From the NCBI GenBank assembly GCA_963169595.1, contig CAUJFM010000145.1, positions 1-41,553 of the forward strand: a DNA stretch of 41,553 nucleotides, read 5' to 3'. Below, in pieces: positions 18,411 to 29,410 of the stretch. The notes below the pieces were generated by a model, which saw only the letters and a list, made by a program, of their open reading frames with translations, had not been told where the DNA came from and did not search any database. Position 1 is the first letter of the stretch, and each line of letters starts with the position of its first letter. The stretch comes from Bacteroidota bacterium (GTDB lineage Bacteria; Bacteroidota; Bacteroidia; Flavobacteriales_F; PHOS-HE28). A program made the translations under genes and the position numbers.

Positions 18411-18787
18411 GGATGGGTCAGCGAGTTTGTGGGTTGGTGGTCGGTGGTTGGCTCCTTCTTCAGGGTGCCCTCGGAGGTGTCGAGGTGCCCTTCAGAAGGG
18501 AGGCAAATATGGATCGAAGAAAGTGAAAAAAAAACCGGAGGGATACTTGATGGGATGGAAAATTTTACTTGCCCGCGTTCCGTTGCGCATCCCTCTGAAG
18601 TCCTTGCCGGACGCGGCTTTTCGAAGATATGCCGTTGTTGCACAAGGTCTTGTGAGCGCCGTTCGTCACCTTCCGTCAACCTCGTTCGTGAGCACGTCAT
18701 CAACAATGTGAACGTTCGTCCACGGAACGTGACTGAAAGGTACGACAACAAGGGGGTGTTGACAACCTGGGGTGCACCGCCTTCGAT

Positions 18788-18795
18788 TACCTTGG
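18788..18795 (+). promoter_or_regulatory. -7-like element (TACCTTGG) for the thioesterase gene
   Basis: It lies in a GATTACCTTGGC context, 8 nt upstream of the ATG at 18804. Confidence 0.4.
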
Positions 18796-18803
18796 CATGC
18801 ACG

Positions 18804-19211
18804 ATGTTCCAGCACGAGACCACGCTCCGGGTGCGCTATGGGGAGACCGACCAGATGGGCTATGTCTACTATGGCGACTATGCCGAGTACCTGGAGGTGG
18901 GCCGTGTGGAAGCCTTGCGCAGCCTGGGTTTTCCATACCGGCGACTGGAGGAGGAAGGGGTGATGCTGCCGGTGCACGACCTGGCCGTGAAGTACCATCG
19001 GCCCGCGCGCTACGATGACCTGGTCACGGTGCGGGCCACCATCAACGCCCTGCCATCCGTGCGCATCGTGTTCACTTATGAACTGCGCGACGAGCGCGGC
19101 GAGCTGCTCACCGAAGCGTCCACCACCCTGGTGTTCGTGGACCGCGCCACGATGCGTCCGGCCCGCGCGCCGCAGGCCCTGCTCGAGGCCCTTCGTCCCT
19201 ACTTCGCCTGA
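18804..19211 (+). CDS. YbgC/4HBT-type acyl-CoA thioesterase
   Basis: Trimmed to the ATG at 18804. The sequence TLRVRYGETDQMGYVYYGDYAEYLEVGRVEALR is canonical for the 4HBT hotdog family. A -7-like box lies at 18788-18795. Confidence 0.85.
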   Translation: MFQHETTLRVRYGETDQMGYVYYGDYAEYLEVGRVEALRSLGFPYRRLEEEGVMLPVHDLAVKYHRPARYDDLVTVRATINALPSVRIVFTYELRDERGELLTEASTTLVFVDRATMRPARAPQALLEALRPYFA

Positions 19212-19810
19212 TCCTTCACGGCGGCCTCGATGCCTTGCAGCGCCCAGCGCTCCAGGGCTGTGGTGATGCGTCCGCGGGGCAGTTCCACCACCAGGTGGCA
19301 ACGATCACCATACGAGCCGTCCAGCACCAGGCCCTCCATCGCGGCCACATCACTGCGCAGCCGATCGAGCTGGGCGTAGGTGCAGTGGATGGACATCCGG
19401 GTCCGGGCCACTTCCTCGATGATCACCGCCTGCTCCAACGCGGCCTTCGCCGTATCGCCATAGGCCTGCACCAATCCGCCCTTGCCCAGCAGCGTTCCAC
19501 CGAAGTAGCGCACCACGATGACCGCCGTGTAGGTGAGGCCGCGCCCCTGGATGTGGCGCAGGATGGGCTTGCCGGCCGTGCCGGATGGTTCACCATCGTC
19601 CTGCGAACGATGCACCTGACCATCATCGCCGATCACATAGGCCCAGCACCAATGCCGCGCCGTGTGATGCTCCTTCTTCACGCTCAGCAGCCGCTGCTTG
19701 AAGCTCTCCTCATCCCGCACATGGAACGCGATGCCGATGAAGCGGCTCGCCTTCTCACGCAATTGTGCGGTGCCTTCGTGCTGGATGGTGAAGTGGTGGT
19801 CGGCGCTCAT
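19199..19810 (-). CDS. YigZ/IMPACT-family protein
   Basis: Trimmed to the ATG at 19810. The sequence has EKASRFIGIAFHV, ARHWCWAY, DDGEPSGTAGKPIL and VVRYFGGTLLGKGGL, which are IMPACT N-terminal domain motifs. Confidence 0.85.
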   Translation of the reverse strand: MSADHHFTIQHEGTAQLREKASRFIGIAFHVRDEESFKQRLLSVKKEHHTARHWCWAYVIGDDGQVHRSQDDGEPSGTAGKPILRHIQGRGLTYTAVIVVRYFGGTLLGKGGLVQAYGDTAKAALEQAVIIEEVARTRMSIHCTYAQLDRLRSDVAAMEGLVLDGSYGDRCHLVVELPRGRITTALERWALQGIEAAVKDQAK

Positions 19811-20661
19811 GTGCCCGGTGAAAGGATGAGCACCAGGGCGATCAGTGCGCACGTCAGGCCCACCCATTGCACGGCGCGCAGCCGTTCCTTGAACAAGAGC
19901 ATGGAGGCCAGTGTGCCGAAGAAGATCACGCCGATGTTCATCAGGGGGAACACACTGCTCGCCGCAAGGCCACTGCGGGCCAGTGCGCCCACGATGAAGT
20001 AGAGCGAGGCGTAATTGACGAGACCGAGCACCACGCCGGCGATGATCACCCGCGTATCGCACAGCTGTTGTAGTGTGCGCTTCGCCAGCATCCAGCCAAC
20101 GCCGAGCAGTCCGGCGAGCATGAAGATCAGCGTGGGGAACACGGGTTCGGTGGCTGGCGTGAGCAGGGTGCGCTGCGTGGCGTTCAGGGTGATGTCGATG
20201 GCGGCATTGCCCAGGAAGAGCAGGAGCGGCAACAGCCACACGCCGCGCGCACCGGGGGCTCCACTGCTCCATGAGGCCATCACCACGCCCGCCAACGCCA
20301 GCGCGATGCCCATCCATTCCACCGCACTGGGACGTTCACCATGCAGCAGCACGGCGGCCAGGACCGTGAGCACCAGGCTCATCTTGCTGGACACCGAAGT
20401 GACGGCCACGCCCGCGCGTTGTGTGCTGAGGCCGGTGAGGTAGAACAGGGTGATGAAGAGCACGCCCAGCACCATCACCGGAAGGGCGAGCGGGGTGAGG
20501 TCACCCGCCTGCCACGGCGGCGACACCAGGGTCCCGCACAGCGAGGCGGTGAAGTAGTTGATGACGATGGCCGGCAGCAGCGCGATGTTCCGCTTGTCGA
20601 ACACCTTGAAGAGCAGGAAGAGCGCTGCCATGCACAGCGCGGCTGACATTACCAGGGCCAT
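19807..20661 (-). CDS. EamA/DMT-family transporter
   Basis: Polytopic membrane ORF of about 10 TM segments with two EamA-like halves. The start could be the ATG at 20661 or the ATG at 20649 (a TAATG junction with the ribD stop). Confidence 0.78.
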   Translation of the reverse strand: MALVMSAALCMAALFLLFKVFDKRNIALLPAIVINYFTASLCGTLVSPPWQAGDLTPLALPVMVLGVLFITLFYLTGLSTQRAGVAVTSVSSKMSLVLTVLAAVLLHGERPSAVEWMGIALALAGVVMASWSSGAPGARGVWLLPLLLFLGNAAIDITLNATQRTLLTPATEPVFPTLIFMLAGLLGVGWMLAKRTLQQLCDTRVIIAGVVLGLVNYASLYFIVGALARSGLAASSVFPLMNIGVIFFGTLASMLLFKERLRAVQWVGLTCALIALVLILSPGT

Positions 20662-21719
20662 GCGATGGAGGGATGTTGTTCGGGTGTGAAGGGACCTTCG
20701 GCCAGATGGAGCGTGATGCGGTCCGGTCCGCTGGTGACCGTGCATCGTGCAGGGTATGGTGCATCAGGTGCCGGTGTTCCCGCACCGAAGAGCACCTCGC
20801 CTTCGATGATGCGCGCCTCGTCCCACAGACCACGTGCGATGAAGTGCTGAAGCAATTGGGCGCCGCCTTCCACCAGCACCGATCGGATGTTGCGTCGATG
20901 CAGTTCACGCAGGAGGTGGTCCAGTGGGTCGTCCACGAGGCCAAGGATGTATTGCTCCACGGCCAGGGCAGGGCGTGGAGCAGCGGTGAACAGCAGGGTG
21001 GGGGCGGCCTGATCGAACACACGGGAGGCATCGGGCGTGAGCCCATCGCGGTCGATCACCACCCGCAGGGGGTGTCTGCCGGGCATGTGGCGGACAGTGA
21101 GCTGCGGATCGTCGTTCACCACAGTGCGGCTGCCCACCAGGATGGCCTGCTCCTCACTGCGCCAGCGGTGCACGAGCACATCGGTGGCGGGGGAGCTGAT
21201 GCGTTGCACCTGCCGCTCATGGCGTGGACGTTGGTCGAGGAAGCCATCGCGCGAGCGCGCCCACTTGAGCACGATGTATGGCCGCTGCTTCTCCACCGAG
21301 GTCAGGAAGCGGCGGTTCAGCCAGCGGCAGTCCTCCTCGGCTACCCCGACCAATACATCGATACCAGCGGCACGCATGCGCGCGATGCCCTGACCGGCAA
21401 CAGCTGGAAAGGGATCCTGCATGCCCACCACCACCCGCTTCACGCCGCGCGCCACCACCAGGTCAGCGCAGGGTGGGGTGCGCCCGTGATGGGCACAGGG
21501 CTCCAGGTTCACGTACAGCACCGCATCCTCGGGAACGGGTCCCGGCCAGGCGGCCAGGCAGTTCACCTCGGCATGCGGTCCGCCGTGCTGTTGGTGCCAG
21601 CCTTCCGCCAGCACGCGGCCGCCTTGCACCAGCACGGCCCCCACCTGGGGGTTCGGGGCCACGCGACCGGCCCCCAGGGTGGCCAGTTCAAGGCAGCGGT
21701 GCATCCAACGTTCGTGCAT
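20649..21719 (-). CDS. ribD: bifunctional riboflavin biosynthesis protein RibD (deaminase/reductase)
   Basis: Trimmed to the ATG at 21719. The deaminase zinc motifs HAEV and LEPCAHHGRTPPC are present, and the C-terminal reductase domain has VLVEGG. Confidence 0.92.
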   Translation of the reverse strand: MHERWMHRCLELATLGAGRVAPNPQVGAVLVQGGRVLAEGWHQQHGGPHAEVNCLAAWPGPVPEDAVLYVNLEPCAHHGRTPPCADLVVARGVKRVVVGMQDPFPAVAGQGIARMRAAGIDVLVGVAEEDCRWLNRRFLTSVEKQRPYIVLKWARSRDGFLDQRPRHERQVQRISSPATDVLVHRWRSEEQAILVGSRTVVNDDPQLTVRHMPGRHPLRVVIDRDGLTPDASRVFDQAAPTLLFTAAPRPALAVEQYILGLVDDPLDHLLRELHRRNIRSVLVEGGAQLLQHFIARGLWDEARIIEGEVLFGAGTPAPDAPYPARCTVTSGPDRITLHLAEGPFTPEQHPSIAWPW

Positions 21720-21777
21720 GGCGGGGCGCAAAGTTGCACCACGCAGGCGCAGCACGGATCGCCCTGCGGTGCGGGAC

Positions 21778-21785
21778 TACCTTTG
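21778..21785 (+). promoter_or_regulatory. -7 promoter element (TACCTTTG) for prmC
   Basis: It is an exact TAnnTTTG match, 5 nt upstream of the GTG at 21791, in the 71-nt ribD/prmC divergent spacer. Confidence 0.5.
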
Positions 21786-21790
21786 CGGCC

Positions 21791-22644
21791 GTGCGTACCG
21801 CCGATAATCGTGTGGGTTCCGTGCTGGAGCAGTACAAGGTCCAGCTGGCGGACCTCTATTCCCCCGGGGAGGTCATGGCCATCGCACGCACGGTGTTCGC
21901 CGACCAGCTGGGTTGGGATGCGGCCAGGGTCCAGCTGGACCAGCACCTGGCACTGAGCGAATCCGAGCTGCTCAAGGTGTACATGCCCTTGAAACGGCTG
22001 CGGACCGGCGAGCCGCTCCAGTATGTGCTGGGCACGGTGGAGTTCCACGGTATGCGGCTGCATGTCGGGCCTTCGGTCCTCATCCCGCGGCCGGAGACGG
22101 AGGAGCTGGTGGAATTGGTGCTGGCCTCCGGAAAGCAGCGGTTGCGCATCCTGGACATCGGCACCGGGAGCGGGTGCATCGCCTTGGCGCTGAAACGCGC
22201 GTTGCTCACGGCCGAGGTGTTCGGCATGGATGTTTCCGAGGCCGCGCTGGCCGTGGCGCGGAGGAATGCCGCGGAACTGGGGCTGGCGGTGAACTGGATG
22301 CTGGCGGATGTGTTGTTGGAAAGCACCCGGCTGCCACAACAGCTCGATGTGGTGGTGAGCAATCCCCCCTACGTCCCCGTGAAGGACCGTTCCACCATGA
22401 CCACGCAGGTCGTCGACCATGAGCCACACATCGCGCTCTTCGTTCCGGACGAGGACCCGTTGCGCTTCTACCGCACCATTGCCCGCAAGGCCTGGGACGC
22501 GCTGGTGCCCGGTGGTGAGCTGTGGTTCGAAGGGCATCATCACCACGCTCCGGACGCGGTGACCATGCTGGCCGATCTGGGCTACGCGTCACCTCGTGTC
22601 ATGCGCGACCTCAGCGGGGCGCAGCGCTTCATCCACGCCATCCG

Positions 22645-22648
<4 letters not shown>
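21791..22648 (+). CDS. prmC: peptide chain release factor N5-glutamine methyltransferase
   Basis: It has VLIPRPETEELV, the SAM motif DIGTGSGCIAL and the catalytic NPPY. No in-frame ATG precedes the conserved N-terminus, so I call the GTG at 21791, 5 nt after the -7 box TACCTTTG. The GTGs at 21812 and 21821 are alternatives. Confidence 0.82.
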
Positions 22649-25890
<3,242 letters not shown>

Positions 25891-25913
25891 TCCTCATTCA
25901 TCGCGTTCCTCAC

Positions 25914-26807
25914 ATGGACCCTCGTTTCCGCGGCCTCGGTGTCGCCCTCGTCACGCCCTTCCGTTCCAATGGCCAGATCGACTATGCTGGTCTGGAGAAG
26001 CTCATCGACCACCAGATCGCCGGTGGCGTGGACTATGTGGTGAGCATGGGCACCACTGGTGAGAGCGTCACCCTCACCAAGGCCGAGAAGAAGGAGCTCC
26101 TCGCGCAGACCATCGGCTTCGTGCGCAACCGCGTGCCCGTGGTGCTGGGCGTGGGTGGCAACAACACCGCCGAGGTCATCGAGAGCCTCAATGCCTTCGA
26201 CATGGACGGCGTGGACGCCATCCTCAGCGTGAGCCCCTATTACAACAAGCCCACGCAGGAGGGCATCTATCAGCACTACAAGGCGATCGCCCAGGTGGCG
26301 CTGCGGCCCATCATCCTCTACACCGTGCCCGGCCGCACCGGCAGCAACATGACGGCCGAGACCACCCTGCGGCTGGCCCGGGACTTCAAGAACATCATCG
26401 CCATCAAGGAGGCCAGCGCCAACCTGGACCAGATGGGCCGCATCCTCAAGCACAAGCCGAAGGACTTCATGCTCATCAGCGGCGACGATGCGCTCACCCT
26501 GCCCATCATCGCCATGGGCGGTGTTGGTGTGATCAGTGTGGTGGGCAACGCGCTGCCCTGGGAGTTCAGCACCCTGGTGAACGCGGCGCTGAAGGGCGAC
26601 CTCGATACCGCCCGCCGCGAGCATCTGCGCCTCATCGAGGTCATCGACCTGCTCTTCGTGGAAGGCAATCCCGGCGGCATCAAGGAGACGTTGAAGATCC
26701 TCGGCATCTGCGGGAACGCGGTACGTCTGCCGCTGGTGAACGTGAGCGAGGCCACCTCCAGGAAGCTCTACCAGGCCTTGGCGGATGCGGAGGTGGTGAA
26801 GCTGTGA
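25914..26807 (+). CDS. dapA: 4-hydroxy-tetrahydrodipicolinate synthase
   Basis: 297-aa ORF with GVALVTPF, GTTGES, YNKPTQEG and the catalytic-Lys region IIAIKEAS. Confidence 0.95.
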   Translation: MDPRFRGLGVALVTPFRSNGQIDYAGLEKLIDHQIAGGVDYVVSMGTTGESVTLTKAEKKELLAQTIGFVRNRVPVVLGVGGNNTAEVIESLNAFDMDGVDAILSVSPYYNKPTQEGIYQHYKAIAQVALRPIILYTVPGRTGSNMTAETTLRLARDFKNIIAIKEASANLDQMGRILKHKPKDFMLISGDDALTLPIIAMGGVGVISVVGNALPWEFSTLVNAALKGDLDTARREHLRLIEVIDLLFVEGNPGGIKETLKILGICGNAVRLPLVNVSEATSRKLYQALADAEVVKL

Positions 26808-26818
26808 GCCCTCTCATG

Positions 26819-26857
26819 TGGCTGGAAATTCGCCACGCCATGGCGAATTTCCAGCCA
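26819..26857. repeat. perfect palindrome copy A: TGGCTGGAAATTCGCCA-cgcca-TGGCGAATTTCCAGCCA
   Basis: It has 17-bp perfectly complementary arms and a 5-nt loop. It lies 12 nt after the dapA stop and 1 nt before the ATPase stop. No T-tract follows on either strand. Confidence 0.95.
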
Positions 26858-26858
26858 T

Positions 26859-28094
26859 CTACCACTCCCACAAGGCGCTCAACGGCACCGCGTGGATGTC
26901 CTTGTCGAAAGGTGTGATGCCCAGGCCCGGGTGCAGCAGGATGCCGCGCAGCCACTTGTCGCCCGCCACTTCCCGCAGGTGCTTCAGCCCGGCCACATCG
27001 TTGCTGCCAACGGCCATGGCGGCCTTCACCTCGATGCCCACGATGCGGCCCTTGTTGTCCTCCAGCACGATGTCCACCTCACGGCCCGCCTCGGTGCGGA
27101 AGTGGTAGGCCTTCACCCGCGCTTTGCTCCACCCGGCCAGCTTCCGCAGCTCGTTCAGCACGAAGGTCTCCAGCAACGGCCCGAAGGACGGGCTTTGGAG
27201 GATGTCCGCCGGCTTGTCGATGCCCGCCAGATGCGCCGCGAAGCCGCTGTCGGCCAGGTGCAGTTTGGGGGCCTTCACCAGCCGCTTGCCCCGGTGCGCG
27301 TGCCAGGCCTCCACAGGTGTGCTCAGGAAGGTGGCCTCCAGCAGGGCCATGTACCGCCGCATGGTGCTGTGGGGGATGTCCAGCGTCCGTGACAGGTCCG
27401 CCAGGTTCAACAGACCACTGCTCCGCACCGCCAGCGCCTGCAACAGCCGGGGCAGATCGGTGAGCCCGGTGATATTGCTGATATCCCGTACGTCCCGTTG
27501 CAGGATGCTCGTAATGTAGGCGCCGTACCACGCGCCCCTGCGCGCCGGGTCCTTGCGGGTCATCACCTCCGGGTAGCCACCGGCGATCACCCGTGCGGCG
27601 ATCTGCTTGCGCTCCAAGGCCGTGGGGTCCGTCATCTTCGGCCTGGCCGCGAAGACCTGGTCGATGAAGGTGCTCTTCCGGCCCGCCAGTTCATCCTGTG
27701 CGAAGGGGTACAGGGGGAGTATCTCCATCCGTCCGGCCAGGGAGTCGCCCAGCCGGGGCAGCACCAGCACGTTGGCGCTGCCCGTGAGCAGGAACCGCCC
27801 CGGTCTCCGGTCACGGTCCACTGCGGCCTTGATGGCCCGGAAGATGTTGGGCGCGTTCTGCACCTCGTCGATCACCGCCAGCCTGCCCAGCCCCTGGATG
27901 AAGGCGGGCGGGTCGTTCAGCGCGGCCTCCAGGGTGGGGTGGTCATCCAGCGTCACGTAACGGGCGCCCCGCTCCCGCGCGATGGCCTTCACCAGTGTGG
28001 TCTTGCCGGTCTGCCGCGCGCCGTGCAGCAGCACCACGGGGGTGTCCTTCAGCGCGATATCCACGGCATGTCTCAGGTTCCTGGACCGTTCCAT
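26859..28094 (-). CDS. AAA-family ATPase with winged-helix region and C-terminal DUF4143 (PD-(D/E)xK-like) domain
   Basis: Trimmed to the ATG at 28094 (MERSRNL...). Walker A is HGARQTGKTT and Walker B is LAVIDEVQ. The C-terminus has a restriction-endonuclease-like motif, REVDIVLED...IVGIEVK. The -7 box TATCTTCG lies at 28099-28106. Identical palindromes flank the gene. Confidence 0.85.
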   Translation of the reverse strand: MERSRNLRHAVDIALKDTPVVLLHGARQTGKTTLVKAIARERGARYVTLDDHPTLEAALNDPPAFIQGLGRLAVIDEVQNAPNIFRAIKAAVDRDRRPGRFLLTGSANVLVLPRLGDSLAGRMEILPLYPFAQDELAGRKSTFIDQVFAARPKMTDPTALERKQIAARVIAGGYPEVMTRKDPARRGAWYGAYITSILQRDVRDISNITGLTDLPRLLQALAVRSSGLLNLADLSRTLDIPHSTMRRYMALLEATFLSTPVEAWHAHRGKRLVKAPKLHLADSGFAAHLAGIDKPADILQSPSFGPLLETFVLNELRKLAGWSKARVKAYHFRTEAGREVDIVLEDNKGRIVGIEVKAAMAVGSNDVAGLKHLREVAGDKWLRGILLHPGLGITPFDKDIHAVPLSALWEW

Positions 28095-28098
28095 GTTA

Positions 28099-28106
28099 CG
28101 AAGATA
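28099..28106 (-). promoter_or_regulatory. -7-like element (TATCTTCG) for the DUF4143 ATPase gene
   Basis: On the minus strand it reads GCTATCTTCGTAAC-ATG, 4 nt upstream of the ATG at 28094. It lies between palindrome B and the gene. Confidence 0.45.
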
Positions 28107-28136
28107 GCTTTGGACGTATGGATATTGGTCATGAAG

Positions 28137-28175
28137 TGGCTGGAAATTCGCCACATCATGGCGAATTTCCAGCCA
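28137..28175. repeat. perfect palindrome copy B: TGGCTGGAAATTCGCCA-catca-TGGCGAATTTCCAGCCA
   Basis: Its arms are identical (34/34 nt) to copy A and only the loop differs. It shares the upstream flank TCATG..GTGGC. It lies 43 nt upstream of the ATPase start, inside a divergent promoter region. Confidence 0.95.
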
Positions 28176-28227
28176 CGTGTTCCGGGCCTGCTCCTGGAAG
28201 GTGTGTCCGGGAAGCGCCACGGCATGC

Positions 28228-28235
28228 TACCTTGC
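28228..28235 (+). promoter_or_regulatory. -7-like element (TACCTTGC) for the exonuclease gene
   Basis: It lies in a TGCTACCTTGCC context, 10 nt upstream of the ATG at 28246. Confidence 0.4.
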
Positions 28236-28245
28236 CATCATTCCC

Positions 28246-28857
28246 ATGGACTTCCTCGCCCTCGACTTCGAGACCGCCACACCGCAGGCCGACAGCCCCT
28301 GCGAACTGGGCATTGCCGTGGTGCGTGGCGGGGTGGTGCGCGAGGTGCGCAACTGGCTCATCAAGCCGCGGCAATGGCCCTACTTCAGCCCATGGAACGT
28401 GGCCGTGCACGGCATCCGGCCCGATGACGTGGCCTCGTCGCCGCGCTGGGACGACATCTGGGAGGAGGTCGCGGACCTGCTGGACGGCAGCACGGTGGTG
28501 GCGCACAATGCGGCCTTCGACATGACGGTGCTCCGCAGCACGCTCGCCAGCCACGGTCTGCCGCATCCCACCTTCCATTACTTCTGCAGCGTGAGCATGG
28601 CACGCCGGGTGTGGCCTGGTCGCACCTCCTACGGCCTCGGGCCCATGTGCGCCTTCCACGGCATCCCCCTGCGACACCACCGCGCAGGCAACGATGCCGA
28701 GGCCACGGCCGAGCTGGTGCTGCGTGCCACCGCCAACAAGGCAGACAGCGACATCGCCCGATTCCTGCTGGACACCAAGGTCAAGGTCGGGGCGTTCTAT
28801 CCCGGCGGGCACCGCACACCCGGCGGCAAGGTGGTGACCGCGGCCTTCCCGGGTTGA
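28246..28857 (+). CDS. DEDDh 3'-5' exonuclease (DnaQ/epsilon-like, stand-alone)
   Basis: Trimmed to the ATG at 28246. The three exonuclease motifs are Exo I LALDFETA, Exo II VAHNAAFD and Exo III HRAGNDAEA. Confidence 0.85.
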   Translation: MDFLALDFETATPQADSPCELGIAVVRGGVVREVRNWLIKPRQWPYFSPWNVAVHGIRPDDVASSPRWDDIWEEVADLLDGSTVVAHNAAFDMTVLRSTLASHGLPHPTFHYFCSVSMARRVWPGRTSYGLGPMCAFHGIPLRHHRAGNDAEATAELVLRATANKADSDIARFLLDTKVKVGAFYPGGHRTPGGKVVTAAFPG

Positions 28858-28877
28858 CCGATCGCGGCGCGCGGCGG

Positions 28878-29327
28878 TCAGTCCACCTTCACGTACATCT
28901 TCCGGATGCGCATCAGCGGCCCGGGGCAGTGCGTGCCGTGGCAGTTGGCACAGCTCTGCACCAAGGCGTTATACGCCTGCTTGCGGTCCTTCCGCGCGGC
29001 CTTGTACAGCGCATCCATCTTCTGCTGGTAGTCCTTGCTGAAGGTGGGGAAGGTGATCGGGTCTATGTGCATGCCGTCTGTGGGCGTGGCCGACATCAGC
29101 TTCGCGATCTCCTTCGGGTACGGAGGCAGCTTCTTGTCCCCCCGGTTGATCGCGGCCTTCACGCTGTCCGCGTGCGCGGCCATGGTGCGCATCAGCAGGG
29201 CCAGTTCGCTGGGCGGTGCCACTTCCTGCACCACTGCCGCTGCGGGTTCCGCATCGGGCCGTGCGGCGAAGCAACCGGCAAGGGCGATGATGAGCACAAG
29301 AACGGTGAGGTGGGGCCGGGTGGTCAT
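28878..29327 (-). CDS. putative c-type cytochrome lipoprotein
   Basis: It has the lipobox LIIALAGC, a helical body and a single C-terminal heme-binding CXXCH (CANCH), which resembles class II cytochrome c architecture. The -7-like box lies at 29334-29341. Confidence 0.55.
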   Translation of the reverse strand: MTTRPHLTVLVLIIALAGCFAARPDAEPAAAVVQEVAPPSELALLMRTMAAHADSVKAAINRGDKKLPPYPKEIAKLMSATPTDGMHIDPITFPTFSKDYQQKMDALYKAARKDRKQAYNALVQSCANCHGTHCPGPLMRIRKMYVKVD

Positions 29328-29410
29328 GCGATCGAAAGGTAAGAAGCTGCCCTGCGCCTGTCACAATGGCCGTGCCGGACCCGAGGCCCGATCTTTGGTC
29401 CATCCGCCCC

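Noticed and set aside
18411-18803. oriC directly upstream of dnaA.
   Set aside because: I found only one 8/9 DnaA-box match (TGTTGCACA, 18636-18644), so there is no box cluster. The question is left open as a low-interest finding rather than a feature call.
20649-21790. An FMN riboswitch upstream of ribD (and of ribH at 7351-7362), and lysine or purine riboswitches upstream of dapA and purC.
   Set aside because: The upstream spacers are only 71, 12, 23 and 0 nt, which is too short for these aptamers, and they lack the conserved cores.
26819-26857. Palindrome A as nothing more than a bidirectional intrinsic terminator for dapA and the ATPase gene.
   Set aside because: It may well terminate transcription. 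However, no T-tract follows on either strand, and an identical copy sits in a divergent promoter region, so terminator function alone does not explain the pair. It is kept as a repeat finding.
28095-28220. The N-terminal extension of the DUF4143 ATPase ORF through palindrome B.
   Set aside because: The extension merely translates the palindrome (WLEIRHDVANFQP). The conserved ATPase N-terminus and a -7 box fit the ATG at 28094.
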